A DNA stretch of 64,000 nt from Vulcanimicrobiales bacterium (GTDB taxonomy: Bacteria; Vulcanimicrobiota; Vulcanimicrobiia; Vulcanimicrobiales; Vulcanimicrobiaceae): the NCBI GenBank assembly GCA_038231455.1, contig JBBRLI010000004.1, forward strand, positions 32,001 through 96,000, written 5' to 3'. This document shows, piece after piece, positions 40,732 through 50,319 of this stretch. Numbering within the stretch: the stretch's first letter is position 1; every line of letters begins with the position of its first letter. The notes beneath the pieces are model-generated. The model was not told where the DNA came from, ran no database searches, and was given only the letters and a program-made list of their open reading frames with translations. The translations under genes and the position numbers were made by a program.

Positions 40732-42467
40732 GCTCGGCCGACCAGTGCGCGCTTGCGCGCGACAAATTCCAGGACCCCATCGAGCGGTCGCGTGTTGAGG
40801 ACGTCGTCTTTGGTCAGCCACGCGCGGCGCGCTTGCCCGACCGCAAAAGCGACGTTGTCCAACTGCGTGGCACCGTGCGCGTCGCTATCGCAGGCAAACG
40901 TCACCCCGAACTCGCGCGCCCGGCGCGCAAGTGCGCTTGGCAAATCGAGCCGGTTGGGCTGGCCGTCGATTTCGAGCGCGGTCCCCGTTCGTGCGGCGGC
41001 CGCGAAAACGGCATCGTAATCGAATTCGTATCCCGGGAAGCCGGAGACCTGACGTCCCGTCGGATGGCCGATGATCGAGACGTACGGGTTTTCGCAAGCG
41101 CGGATCAAGCGGGCCGTCATCTCATCGCGCGATTGGTTGGTATTCGCGTGCACACTTGCTATAACGATATCGAGTTCCGCAAGGATGCTATCGTCGTAGT
41201 CGAGCGCGCCGTCGGGCAGGATGTCGACCTCACTCGAGCAGAGCGTGCGAATGCCGTAACGCGTCCCGATCTCCGCGATCCGCGCACGCTGTTCGCGCAA
41301 CTCGCTTGGGTCGACGCCGTAGCGCGACCCGCGGCCCCACGAGTGGTCGCTGATCGAGTGGTAAGCGTAGCCACGCTTTGCGGCGGCTTCGATCATCGCT
41401 TCGAGCGTATCGGCGCCGTCGCTCCAGGTGCAATGCATGTGAAAGTCGCCGCGCAGATCGCCCAGCTCCACCAAGGTTGGAAGCGTTCCGGCACGCGCCG
41501 CCTCGATCTCGCCGATCCCCGAACGCAGTTCGGGCGGAATGTACGCCATCCCAAGCGCCGTGTAGACCTCGGCTTCCGTGCGGCACGTGGTGGTCGTCCC
41601 CGCGCGCAAGTCGACGATACCGTTTTCACTCAAGCGCAGATCCGAGCGTACGGCAAACTCGCGGAGTTGGATGTTGTGTTCGCGGCTGCCGGTGAAGTGT
41701 TGCAGCAAGTTGCCGTACAGATGCGCTTGCAGCACGCGCAGATCGATCTGCAAGCCGCCACTCAGCCAAATACTTGCCTTCGTCTCGCCTTCTGCCAGCA
41801 CGGCCTCGGCTCCGGGATATGCCACGAACGCTGCGATGACGGCTGCGGCGTTTGCCGAGGTACAGATGATGTCGATATCGCCGACCGTCACCTCCGCTCG
41901 GCGCAGACTTCCCGCGTACGTGAGGTCGGCGGCATCGGTCTTCTCAGCAAGATACGCGATGAGCGAGCGAGCGATTGGCAGTGCCTTGCCGATCGGCGTC
42001 CGTGTTTGACGGCCTTTGTATGCCAGCAGGCCGCGCTTCATGTTTTCGATGGACTTCTTCCCGAGGCGCGGGAGCGAGGCGACGGCTCCCGATGCGATGG
42101 CGGCCTCAAGATCCGGCAAAGACGCCACGCCCAACTGCTCGTAGAGCGCCATGGCGGTCTTCATCCCAACCCCGGTGACACCTAAGAGATCGATGAGCGT
42201 CGGTGGGTATTTTGCGCGGAGCTCTTCGAGGTAGTCGCACGTGCCGGTTGCCGCAAGGTCGGCCACGCGCCCAGCGATCGTTTTGCCGACGCCGTTAAGG
42301 TCCGTGAGGGTTCCGCTTGCGATCAGATCGACCACCGGCGCTGCATTCTCAATCGCATCGGCGGCGCGCTCGTAAGCCATGAATTTGAAAAACGGCTCGC
42401 CGGCAAACTCCATGAGCATGCGCATCTCGGTCAAGCGCTGTGCGATCTCGGCGTTCGAATGGGTCAC
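40728..42467 (-). CDS. polX: DNA polymerase X / PHP-domain exonuclease
   Basis: AGSLRR, GDIDI, HFTGSREHN; PHP motifs HMHCTWSDG, GHPTGR, DSDAH. Confidence 0.93.
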   Translation of the reverse strand: MTHSNAEIAQRLTEMRMLMEFAGEPFFKFMAYERAADAIENAAPVVDLIASGTLTDLNGVGKTIAGRVADLAATGTCDYLEELRAKYPPTLIDLLGVTGVGMKTAMALYEQLGVASLPDLEAAIASGAVASLPRLGKKSIENMKRGLLAYKGRQTRTPIGKALPIARSLIAYLAEKTDAADLTYAGSLRRAEVTVGDIDIICTSANAAAVIAAFVAYPGAEAVLAEGETKASIWLSGGLQIDLRVLQAHLYGNLLQHFTGSREHNIQLREFAVRSDLRLSENGIVDLRAGTTTTCRTEAEVYTALGMAYIPPELRSGIGEIEAARAGTLPTLVELGDLRGDFHMHCTWSDGADTLEAMIEAAAKRGYAYHSISDHSWGRGSRYGVDPSELREQRARIAEIGTRYGIRTLCSSEVDILPDGALDYDDSILAELDIVIASVHANTNQSRDEMTARLIRACENPYVSIIGHPTGRQVSGFPGYEFDYDAVFAAAARTGTALEIDGQPNRLDLPSALARRAREFGVTFACDSDAHGATQLDNVAFAVGQARRAWLTKDDVLNTRPLDGVLEFVARKRALVGRA

Positions 42468-42505
42468 GACGAGGACTGGGTTCGCCCAAGACTAAGAGTC
42501 GTCCC

Positions 42506-43618
42506 ATGTTGCGCACCGAGCGCCGGCGTCTCGACCCGGACATCCTCAATCTGCCGGTCGAAAAAATGCGCGACGGCTACTACGCTGATACCTATTTCAA
42601 TCGCGCGCGGGAAATCCTGAACGCCGACGGCCACCATCCGCGCGTTCGCATGCAAGTCTTCCAGCGCAGTACCGGCATTCTGTGCGGAATCGACGAGGCG
42701 ATCGCGATTCTCAAGCTGTGCTCGGGGACGGCGAATGTCGACGGTACGTGGTCGGACGGCTGGAGCAAGCTGGCGGTGCGCGCGCTCTACGACGGTGACG
42801 GCATCGAACCGTACGAAACAGTGATGACGATCGAAGGCGACTACGCGCTCTTTGCACACTTGGAAACCGCGTATCTGGGTGTGCTCTCGCGCCGCACGCG
42901 CATCGCGACGAACGCGCGCGCCATCGTGGATGCAGCCGACGGAAAAGAAGTGCTGTATTTCCCCGCGCGCTACGACCACCATCTCGTGCAGACCGGCGAC
43001 GGCTATGCTGCGTATATCTCCGGGGCCCTCGGCGTTTCGACCGATGCAAACGCCGAATGGTGGGGCGCAAAAGGGATGGGCACGGTCCCGCACGCGCTGA
43101 TCGCGGCATATGGCGGCGACACGGTACTTGCATCGAAGAAATTCGCGCAGTACATCGACCCGTCCGTCAACTTGATCACGCTCGTGGATTTCGAAAACGA
43201 TTGCGTCGGCACGTCGCTTGCGGTCGCGCGCGAACTCAAAGGGCGGCTGTGGGGCGTACGCCTCGATACCTCCGGGACCCTCGTCGACAAATCGATCTGG
43301 CCGCAGATGGGCACGTTCAAACCGACCGGCGTAACGCCGCAGCTCGTGCGCAACGTGCGCGAAGCGCTCGACGCCGAAGGTTTCGGTCACGTGAAGATCG
43401 TCGCGAGCGGCGGCTTCAACGCCGCGCGCATCATGGAATTCGAAGCCGATCGCGTGCCGGTCGATGCCTACGCCGTCGGCAGCGCGTTTTTCGATAACGC
43501 AGGCAAACACGATTTCACGGCGGACATCGTTGCAATCGAACAAAACGGCGCGTGGGTGGAGTGCCACAAAGTCGGGCGTCCGGAACGTCCGAGCACGCGT
43601 CTTTCGGTTGTCGAGTAG
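42506..43618 (+). CDS. nicotinate/quinolinate phosphoribosyltransferase family protein
   Basis: YADTYF, LETAYLG, GTVPHAL, GVRLDTS, IVASGGF. Confidence 0.85.
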   Translation: MLRTERRRLDPDILNLPVEKMRDGYYADTYFNRAREILNADGHHPRVRMQVFQRSTGILCGIDEAIAILKLCSGTANVDGTWSDGWSKLAVRALYDGDGIEPYETVMTIEGDYALFAHLETAYLGVLSRRTRIATNARAIVDAADGKEVLYFPARYDHHLVQTGDGYAAYISGALGVSTDANAEWWGAKGMGTVPHALIAAYGGDTVLASKKFAQYIDPSVNLITLVDFENDCVGTSLAVARELKGRLWGVRLDTSGTLVDKSIWPQMGTFKPTGVTPQLVRNVREALDAEGFGHVKIVASGGFNAARIMEFEADRVPVDAYAVGSAFFDNAGKHDFTADIVAIEQNGAWVECHKVGRPERPSTRLSVVE

Positions 43619-43621
43619 CGC

Positions 43622-45241
43622 TTAGATCGACCACCGATACGCGTTCGCCATCGGCGTTACGGGGTTGGGTGCGAAGTTCTTGAAGTCGATGCTAATCGCT
43701 TCGTTGGTTCCCGCCGAGCTGATAAAGATATTCGGAACGTCACGCAACAAGAGCGACTCGATTTTCGAATACGCGGCCTTGCGGATCGTACGGTCGTAGC
43801 TGGAGAGCGCGAGTTTTTGCGCGGCGTCCATTTCTTTTGAGCAATAGCGGGTGATCGCGTTCCCTTTGGGCGGCACTTGATCGCAAGAATAGAGCGACGA
43901 GTCATCCGGATCGGTCCCCGATAGCCACGATGAGGTGACCATGTCGAACTTGCCGCCGTAAAGAATACCACCGTTTTGGGCGGATGCAAAATACAGCGGA
44001 CCCGCAAACGCGTGATTCTCGATGTCGATTCCCAGCGGCTTGAGCGCTGCTTGGACTTGAACGACGAGCCCGGCGTCGGTCGCATTTCCCGCCAGCGTGG
44101 AGAAGGCCAGCCGCACGCGGTGGTCCGGCGTGATGCCGGCACTCGCGAGCAGCGACTTTGCTTGGTCGAGATCGTATTTGGGCGCCGTGAGCTTGGGATC
44201 GAATGCCCACATAAAGCTTGGCAGATCGGCGACCGCAAGCGGGAACGAGTCGTGCAGAATATCGTGGTTGATTTTCACGCGATCGACTGCTGCGGAAATT
44301 CCGCGCCGCACGCGCACGTCGCTCACGATCGGGTGCGTCGTGTTGAAACCGATCGAGAGATAGCCGTTGGAATGCGGCTGCACGAGGCGTGCTTCCGTAA
44401 GTCCGCGCAACTGCGGCACCGAGCGATTCGTCGCCTCGAGAATCCAGTCGACTTCATGCGTGCGTAGCTGGACATATTCCGTATTGGTATCGGGGACGAA
44501 CTTCACGGTAACTTTTTCGATGCCGGGTTTACCCAGGAAATAGTCGTCGTTTCGCACGTACTCGATATGATCGCCGCGCTGCCAGTTCACCACTTTGAAT
44601 GGCCCCGTGCCGATCGGCGCACTGTTGAACGGCACGTGATTGATATCGGGGAGCCCTTTAAGCAGATGCGCGGGCAAGATGCAATACACCGCGTCGCTCT
44701 CGCCGAACACGGTCGTAACGAACGGTGCGTATTTTTTGCGCAAATGGAACCGCACGGTAAAGGCATCCGGCGTCTCGATACGATCGACTTCGCGGTAGCC
44801 GTTGCGGCTGACGACGTTATTTGCGGAATTCATAATGGCGTGAAACGTGAACGCCACATCTTCGCTCGTAAACGGCTTGCCGTCGTGCCACTTCACGTTC
44901 TTGCGTAAGTGATACACGATCGTACGACCGTCGGCGCTGATGCCGCCGTTTGCGGTCGTCGGCACGTCAGCTGCGAGCATGGGCGTCGGTTCGCCGCGTT
45001 CGTCTGCAGAGATGAGGACGTCGAACGATAATCGGTTGAGGTCGGTTTCGAATTGACTCGCCTGCAAGAGCGGGTTAAGCGACGCCGGTTCGCTTGCATC
45101 CGCGATGCGCAGTGTGTTCGGAATCGTCCAGCTATGCCGTCCGGTCGTCGCGTCCGTCGACGTATTTGGCGTCGTCGAAGAACAGGCGGAAAAGCAAACC
45201 GCCACGGCAAGTGCCATGGCGATCGGTCGGAACGAGAACAT
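43622..45241 (-). CDS. peptide/nickel ABC transporter substrate-binding lipoprotein (SBP family 5)
   Basis: Lipobox FSAC; KWHDGKPFTSEDVAFT, PIGTGPFK, DVRVRR. Confidence 0.9.
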   Translation of the reverse strand: MFSFRPIAMALAVAVCFSACSSTTPNTSTDATTGRHSWTIPNTLRIADASEPASLNPLLQASQFETDLNRLSFDVLISADERGEPTPMLAADVPTTANGGISADGRTIVYHLRKNVKWHDGKPFTSEDVAFTFHAIMNSANNVVSRNGYREVDRIETPDAFTVRFHLRKKYAPFVTTVFGESDAVYCILPAHLLKGLPDINHVPFNSAPIGTGPFKVVNWQRGDHIEYVRNDDYFLGKPGIEKVTVKFVPDTNTEYVQLRTHEVDWILEATNRSVPQLRGLTEARLVQPHSNGYLSIGFNTTHPIVSDVRVRRGISAAVDRVKINHDILHDSFPLAVADLPSFMWAFDPKLTAPKYDLDQAKSLLASAGITPDHRVRLAFSTLAGNATDAGLVVQVQAALKPLGIDIENHAFAGPLYFASAQNGGILYGGKFDMVTSSWLSGTDPDDSSLYSCDQVPPKGNAITRYCSKEMDAAQKLALSSYDRTIRKAAYSKIESLLLRDVPNIFISSAGTNEAISIDFKNFAPNPVTPMANAYRWSI

Positions 45242-45252
45242 CCCGGGGATGT

Positions 45253-45813
45253 CTACGCCGGAGTCGCTTGCGACGCTGCCAGCTTTTCGAGCAGTGCGCG
45301 ATTGAACATGGCCAGATCTTGCGGGTTGCGCGCGGTGACCCAGTTGCCGTCGGTGACGACGGGCTGGTCGCGGTACAGGCCGCCCGCGTTGCGGATATCA
45401 TCTGCGATCGCGGCAAAACCGGTGAGCGTGCGGCCGCGGCAGATTTGCGCGGAGATTAGGACCTGCGGTCCGTGCCCGATCGCAAACGTCGGCTTCTTCG
45501 CGGTATCGAATTCCTTGACGAAACGCTGCACGTCTTTGTTCATGCGCAAGAATCCGGGCGAGGTGCCGCCCGGGATGAGGAGCGCATCGAAATCATCGGC
45601 CGTGACGTCGGCGACGAGCTCCTCGGCTTTGACCGAGTTGCCTTCGTCGAGACCGCGTTTGCCGCGGATTTTGGCTTGGGCTTTTTCATCGATTCCGACG
45701 ATCGTGACGATCGCGCCGGCTTCTTCAAGCGCGCGGCGCGGCTCCATCAATTCCGCTTCTTCGAAACCATCACCGACCAGCGCGGCGACTCGCTTTCCAT
45801 CTACTTGATCCAT
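45253..45813 (-). CDS. PfpI/DJ-1 family protein lacking the catalytic Cys
   Basis: GFEEAEL, DALLIPGG, AIGHGP (canonical AICHGP), VVTDGNWVTAR.PQDL. Confidence 0.88.
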   Translation of the reverse strand: MDQVDGKRVAALVGDGFEEAELMEPRRALEEAGAIVTIVGIDEKAQAKIRGKRGLDEGNSVKAEELVADVTADDFDALLIPGGTSPGFLRMNKDVQRFVKEFDTAKKPTFAIGHGPQVLISAQICRGRTLTGFAAIADDIRNAGGLYRDQPVVTDGNWVTARNPQDLAMFNRALLEKLAASQATPA

Positions 45814-45857
45814 GTCGGGCTCGATTCAGAACGCAGGGCACGAAGCCCCCCCACGTC

Positions 45858-46856
45858 TTAAAAGTTGACGAATCGGGCGCTAAAGAAGCTGCCAAGCCGA
45901 GCCGCGAGCTGGGAATACCCGGTATCGTTCAGGTGGAATCCGTCGGAAAAATTCGCGGGATTGGCGAACAGCGCCGCGCCCGCGGCGTCCGTCACGTTCA
46001 CGCTCAGCGTGTTCGCCGGCGCGACGTCGGCGAGCGCCGCTGCAAGCGCAGCGTTTGCTTGCAGGGAGTCGGCGGTCAGCGCAGACCGGAGGGTGGACGC
46101 GGCGCTCGCGTAAGCGGGAAAACTCCCGACATCGGGGATTTCCATCACCACCGCCGCATCGGGCGCAGCTGATTTCACGGCACCCAGAATCGCGCGATAT
46201 GCCAAATAGAGCGTCCCGGCCCGCACGTTGCCAGCGGCATCGGCGAGCGTCGTCCCCGAGGCGGTGCACGGGACGGCGAAGGTGGCCCCGCCACCGCCGA
46301 CCGGCGTGCCGCCGCCAGACTTGCAGCTCGCGCTCTCGTAGGCATCGAGCACGTCGTTGATCCCGCTACTCACCAGGATCACGACGGCATTATTCCGCGA
46401 AACCGCGCCGCTCACGGCGCCCGGTACGCTCGGGAGTTGGCCGAGATTGACGACGACATCGCCGCTCGCACTGGCCTCGGGAAGCGGCGCACTCCCGGTC
46501 AGTGCGCCGCGCACGCCGAGGCCGCCGAACAGAAATGTCTGCGAGTTATGCGAGAGCGCGAGGCTGCGCCCGAAAATCTGAGCGAAGCCGTTGACCGGGG
46601 CGTTCGAGGCCAGCGTCAGCGCGGTTCCCGGGCCGGACGCCGTCGTCGGACACGGCGTCGCACCGGTCCCGCACGCCGACGAGCCGATCGCCACAATGCC
46701 GTCGTCTCCGAGTGCCAGCATCGTGATGCCGGATTTGGGCGGCGCGGGCGTTGGGCTCGCCCGTGCGATGATGTTCCCGCCGCCGCCCCCTCCGCATGCC
46801 GCAAGCGCGGCAGCGCAACTCAGCACGGCTAGTGCTGCGAGCGAGCGCAGCTTCAT
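45858..46856 (-). CDS. SGNH/GDSL-fold lipoprotein lacking the catalytic Ser
   Basis: Lipobox LAAC; block I LALGDD (canonical GDS), block III GIND, block V DGFHLN..GY. Confidence 0.75.
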   Translation of the reverse strand: MKLRSLAALAVLSCAAALAACGGGGGGNIIARASPTPAPPKSGITMLALGDDGIVAIGSSACGTGATPCPTTASGPGTALTLASNAPVNGFAQIFGRSLALSHNSQTFLFGGLGVRGALTGSAPLPEASASGDVVVNLGQLPSVPGAVSGAVSRNNAVVILVSSGINDVLDAYESASCKSGGGTPVGGGGATFAVPCTASGTTLADAAGNVRAGTLYLAYRAILGAVKSAAPDAAVVMEIPDVGSFPAYASAASTLRSALTADSLQANAALAAALADVAPANTLSVNVTDAAGAALFANPANFSDGFHLNDTGYSQLAARLGSFFSARFVNF

Positions 46857-47386
46857 AAGGTTCCCCCCGTGCCTTGCACTGCGGCGCGCAGCAAATAGGT
46901 GAGTTCGAGTTCCAGCTTTCCGAGCGCGTCGAGTACGGTATCGTCGGCGAGCACTTTGAGGAGCGGATTGCGTTTGGTCATATCCCCCTCGGGGACCGAG
47001 TGGCGCGGGTTAATCTCACGCATATAGATACGGGCGTCGTAGCGGGTTTGGCCGTCCGGCAAAAAGTAGAGCGGGTCAAGGCCCGAGGCGTACACGCCGA
47101 GCGAGAGCAGATCCGTCTTCTGCATGAACTCGATCGGTCGCACGCGCAGCGCGCTTGCCAGACGAGCGAGTACCGGGATGGTCGCCCGGTCGGTCCCCGT
47201 GGTGAGGCCTTCGAGCAAGGCGACGTCGAGTTCGGCTTTTGCCGCAAGCGCCGGGAGGTCGAGCGATTTTGCGGTCGCGAGAGCGAGCAGCCCGGCACCG
47301 AATTCGGCGCCGCCTGCGGTGCCCGTCGCGCCGTCGTATGTTGATGATTGCATGATGACGATAGGAGAATAGCGAGCGCGGCTCAT
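46853..47386 (-). CDS. XRE-like HTH protein with unknown C-terminal domain
   Basis: LPALAAKAELDVALLEGLTTG...TIPVLARLASALRV pattern; start ATG 47386 (AAGGA SD) or 47353; ATGA overlap with the next gene. Confidence 0.6.
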   Translation of the reverse strand: MSRARYSPIVIMQSSTYDGATGTAGGAEFGAGLLALATAKSLDLPALAAKAELDVALLEGLTTGTDRATIPVLARLASALRVRPIEFMQKTDLLSLGVYASGLDPLYFLPDGQTRYDARIYMREINPRHSVPEGDMTKRNPLLKVLADDTVLDALGKLELELTYLLRAAVQGTGGTL

Positions 47387-47400
47387 ACCGTCCTTCGACC

Positions 47401-48414
47401 GTGGACCAAACCGAAGAGCGAAAATCGCGCCACCTCGACATCTGCCTCGACGACGACGTCGCCTCGCGCGCCGATGCGGGCTTTGCCGCGGTTCGTCTGC
47501 GCCACGAAGCGCTCCCGGAGTTTGCGCTCGAGGATGTCGACACCAAAACACTTTTCCTCGGTCACAGCCTCCGCGCGCCGCTGCTCATCTCATCGATGAC
47601 CGGCGGCACCGAGCGCGCGGGGACGATCAATTGCAATCTGGCGATCGCGGCCGAGGCCGCGGGAATCGCGCTTGCGCTCGGGAGTCAGCGTGCGGCAATC
47701 GAGAATGGCAAACTGCTTGCGACCTACGACGTGCGCTCCGTCGCGCCGAACGTCGTGCTCTTCGCAAACCTCGGCGCCGTGCAACTCAACTATGGCGTGC
47801 GGATCGACGACGTGCGCAAGACCATCGCAGCGATCGGTGCGCACGGTCTCTTCCTGCACTTCAATCCGTTACAAGAAGCATTACAAGCCGGGGGCGATAC
47901 GAATTTCCGCGGTCTCGAAGGCAAAATTCGCGCACTCTGCGCGGCGCTCGACGTTCCGGTAATCGCCAAAGGCGTCGGCTCCGGCATGTCGCCGCAAACG
48001 GCGCGCCGCCTCATCAATGCCGGCGTGCGCGCAATCGACATCGCCGGCGCCGGTGGAACGTCGTGGGCGCGTGTTGAGGGCAAACGCTCGGAGGATCCGA
48101 TGCGCGAGCGACTCGCCGAATCGTTCGGTGATTGGGGCTATCCCACGGCGGCCGCGACCGCGCGTATGCGGGCGGAATTTCCAACGGCGAAGATCATCGC
48201 AAGCGGCGGGATACGCAGCGGCGTCGATATGGCAAAAGCGCTCGCAATCGGTGCCGATCTTTGCGGCATCGGACTCCCGTTTTTAGATGCCGCGACCGAG
48301 TCCGCGGATGCCGTCGCGCGGTTGATCGAGGAATATTGCACGGGGCTGCGCATCGCGCAGTTCGCCAGCGGCTCAAAGTCGCTCGTCGCGCTTCGCGACG
48401 CGCTCGCGACCTAA
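47401..48414 (+). CDS. fni: type 2 isopentenyl-diphosphate delta-isomerase
   Basis: RKSRHL, ISSMTGG, GSQR, ANLG, HFNPLQE, GAGGTSW, SGGIR. Confidence 0.93.
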   Translation: MDQTEERKSRHLDICLDDDVASRADAGFAAVRLRHEALPEFALEDVDTKTLFLGHSLRAPLLISSMTGGTERAGTINCNLAIAAEAAGIALALGSQRAAIENGKLLATYDVRSVAPNVVLFANLGAVQLNYGVRIDDVRKTIAAIGAHGLFLHFNPLQEALQAGGDTNFRGLEGKIRALCAALDVPVIAKGVGSGMSPQTARRLINAGVRAIDIAGAGGTSWARVEGKRSEDPMRERLAESFGDWGYPTAAATARMRAEFPTAKIIASGGIRSGVDMAKALAIGADLCGIGLPFLDAATESADAVARLIEEYCTGLRIAQFASGSKSLVALRDALAT

Positions 48415-48746
48415 ACTTCGCGCGTCTCGGGACGCGACTCGCGCGCGACGCTGATCTGCGTGCCCTCCACACGGACATCGAACACCTCGACGGTCGAGTA
48501 GTCGCCGAGCGTCATTTTGCCGTCGCTCAGCCGATAGCACCAGGCATGCCACGGGCACGTCACCGTCCCGCCTTCGATGTAGCCCTCGGAGAGCGGACCG
48601 CCTTGATGGGGACACGTGTTGTCGATGGCGTGAAATGTGCCATCGATGTTGAAGAGACCGATCTCGCGGTCGCCGACCATCACGATTTTCGCGGTGCCGG
48701 GCGCGATTTCGGCAACGCTTGCGACGGGAACGAACTCATTTGACAC
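48411..48746 (-). CDS. Rieske-type [2Fe-2S] ferredoxin
   Basis: CPHQGGPLSEG...CPWH. Confidence 0.9.
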   Translation of the reverse strand: MSNEFVPVASVAEIAPGTAKIVMVGDREIGLFNIDGTFHAIDNTCPHQGGPLSEGYIEGGTVTCPWHAWCYRLSDGKMTLGDYSTVEVFDVRVEGTQISVARESRPETREV

Positions 48747-48780
48747 AGGGCGCGCACTTCGCGCGCCGGGGAGGCACGCC

Positions 48781-49059
48781 TTGTTAACCGATTACCGCGC
48801 CTGGCTCGATTCCGAACTCAAACTCTTAGGCAACGCGAGCCACCATGCGTACTCGTTCGGCCAAGCCAATATGGCCAAACGCGCGATCGAACAACTCGAC
48901 GCGGAACTCGAAAAATCGACCTACGTTGCGCTCGACCCGGACCTGGCGCGACGTGCGCTGACGGCGCTCGAGATGGTCGCGCAAGAGGCGACCGTCCTCG
49001 ATCCCGCACTCGATGATCTGCGCACGGCGCTTCGAGCTTCGCTTGCACCGCGTCCGTAA
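48781..49059 (+). CDS. hypothetical helical protein
   Basis: GGAGG SD then TTG 48781; 92 aa. Confidence 0.65.
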   Translation: MLTDYRAWLDSELKLLGNASHHAYSFGQANMAKRAIEQLDAELEKSTYVALDPDLARRALTALEMVAQEATVLDPALDDLRTALRASLAPRP

Positions 49060-49108
49060 TGCGGCATCGTCGCCAGCGTCATCACCAAAGAGCGCGTGAG
49101 GCCGTTCC

Positions 49109-50161
49109 TCAGTCAACCAAGCTAGAGAATTCGTAGCGGCCCTTGCCGGATCGTTTCGCCCGGTACAGCGCAGCATCAGCATTCGCGCTGAGCTTTTCGT
49201 AGGTGACTCCGTCATACGGATAAATCGCGACCCCCGCCGACGCCGAAAGTCCGGTCGTGGCGAGCCGGCCGTAAATGCGTCCCAACACCGATCGTGCGCT
49301 TTTGTGGTCGGCATGCGTCAAGGCAAGCACGAACTCATCGCCGCCAAGACGCGCGACGCAATCCCCTTGGCGTGACGACGATTCGAGAATCTCCCCAAAC
49401 GAACAAAGGGCAGCATCGCCGGCAGCGTGACCTTGCAGGTCGTTGATCGTCTTGAGGAAGTCGAGATCGAAGAGGAGGAGCGCCATGCCCGTTCCATGGC
49501 GCGCGGCGCTAGCGATCTCGCGCCCGACTGCCTCGAGGAGTCCGCGCCGATTGAGCAGGCCGGTCAAGACATCGCCGCTGGCCTGCGCCGAGAGTTCTTC
49601 GAGTAAGCGCGTCTGCTCGGCATAGAGACGCGCATTCTCGATGACCATCGAGGCTTGCGCTGCAAAGTCGAAGAGGACTTGCACGTGAAACTCTTCGACG
49701 TCGTAGCGGCCGGCGTCGGCGTAGAGCAGGCCGCGAACGGTATCGCGCGCGGTGAGCGGGACCATATAATACGTACCGGACGGGTTGCCAACGGGCGCCT
49801 GACCGTCGCCGGCCTTCCCGACGAAAAAGTCCTCGCTACCGTTCGCGAGCCGCGCGACGGTCGGCGTGTTGAGCGCTTCGGCTGACGTTGAGACGTCGTC
49901 GACCCCGCCGGAAGCACCGCTTCCCAAATGCGGTTCGATCATGCCATCGCGAATGCGGAAGATCGCGACCTGCTCGAACGGGAGTGCTTCGCGGATTCCG
50001 CGGATGACGACCGCGAGGATGTCGTCGATATGCATGTCCGAATTGATCAGCGAGAAGACTTGCTGGAGGACGAGGAGTTCGGCGTTTTGTTTGGCCAGGA
50101 GATCGCGCTCACGTTCGACCCCCCGCAGTCGTTCGAGCGAATCTTGTTCAGAAAAGCTCAT
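49109..50161 (-). CDS. GAF-GGDEF diguanylate cyclase
   Basis: GAF ending IENARLY; DVLTGLLNRR, RQGD I-site, ARLGGDEF. Confidence 0.9.
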   Translation of the reverse strand: MSFSEQDSLERLRGVERERDLLAKQNAELLVLQQVFSLINSDMHIDDILAVVIRGIREALPFEQVAIFRIRDGMIEPHLGSGASGGVDDVSTSAEALNTPTVARLANGSEDFFVGKAGDGQAPVGNPSGTYYMVPLTARDTVRGLLYADAGRYDVEEFHVQVLFDFAAQASMVIENARLYAEQTRLLEELSAQASGDVLTGLLNRRGLLEAVGREIASAARHGTGMALLLFDLDFLKTINDLQGHAAGDAALCSFGEILESSSRQGDCVARLGGDEFVLALTHADHKSARSVLGRIYGRLATTGLSASAGVAIYPYDGVTYEKLSANADAALYRAKRSGKGRYEFSSLVD

Positions 50162-50221
50162 GACGGTCTCATTGATATCGGCCGCTTACCGCGAATCCTC
50201 TCGCGAGTCAGGCGTGGTCGC

Positions 50222-50250
50222 TTGTCCTGCGGTGCTCGATCTGGTATGAT
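50222..50250 (+). promoter_or_regulatory. sigma-70 promoter of rpsO
   Basis: TTGTCC-N17-TATGAT with extended -10 TG. Confidence 0.7.
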
Positions 50251-50319
50251 TCGTCGGTCGCCGGCCTGGAGTCACATCTGGAGCCGAAGCGAGGCTATCC
50301 TTGAATTAGGAGTTTTCCC

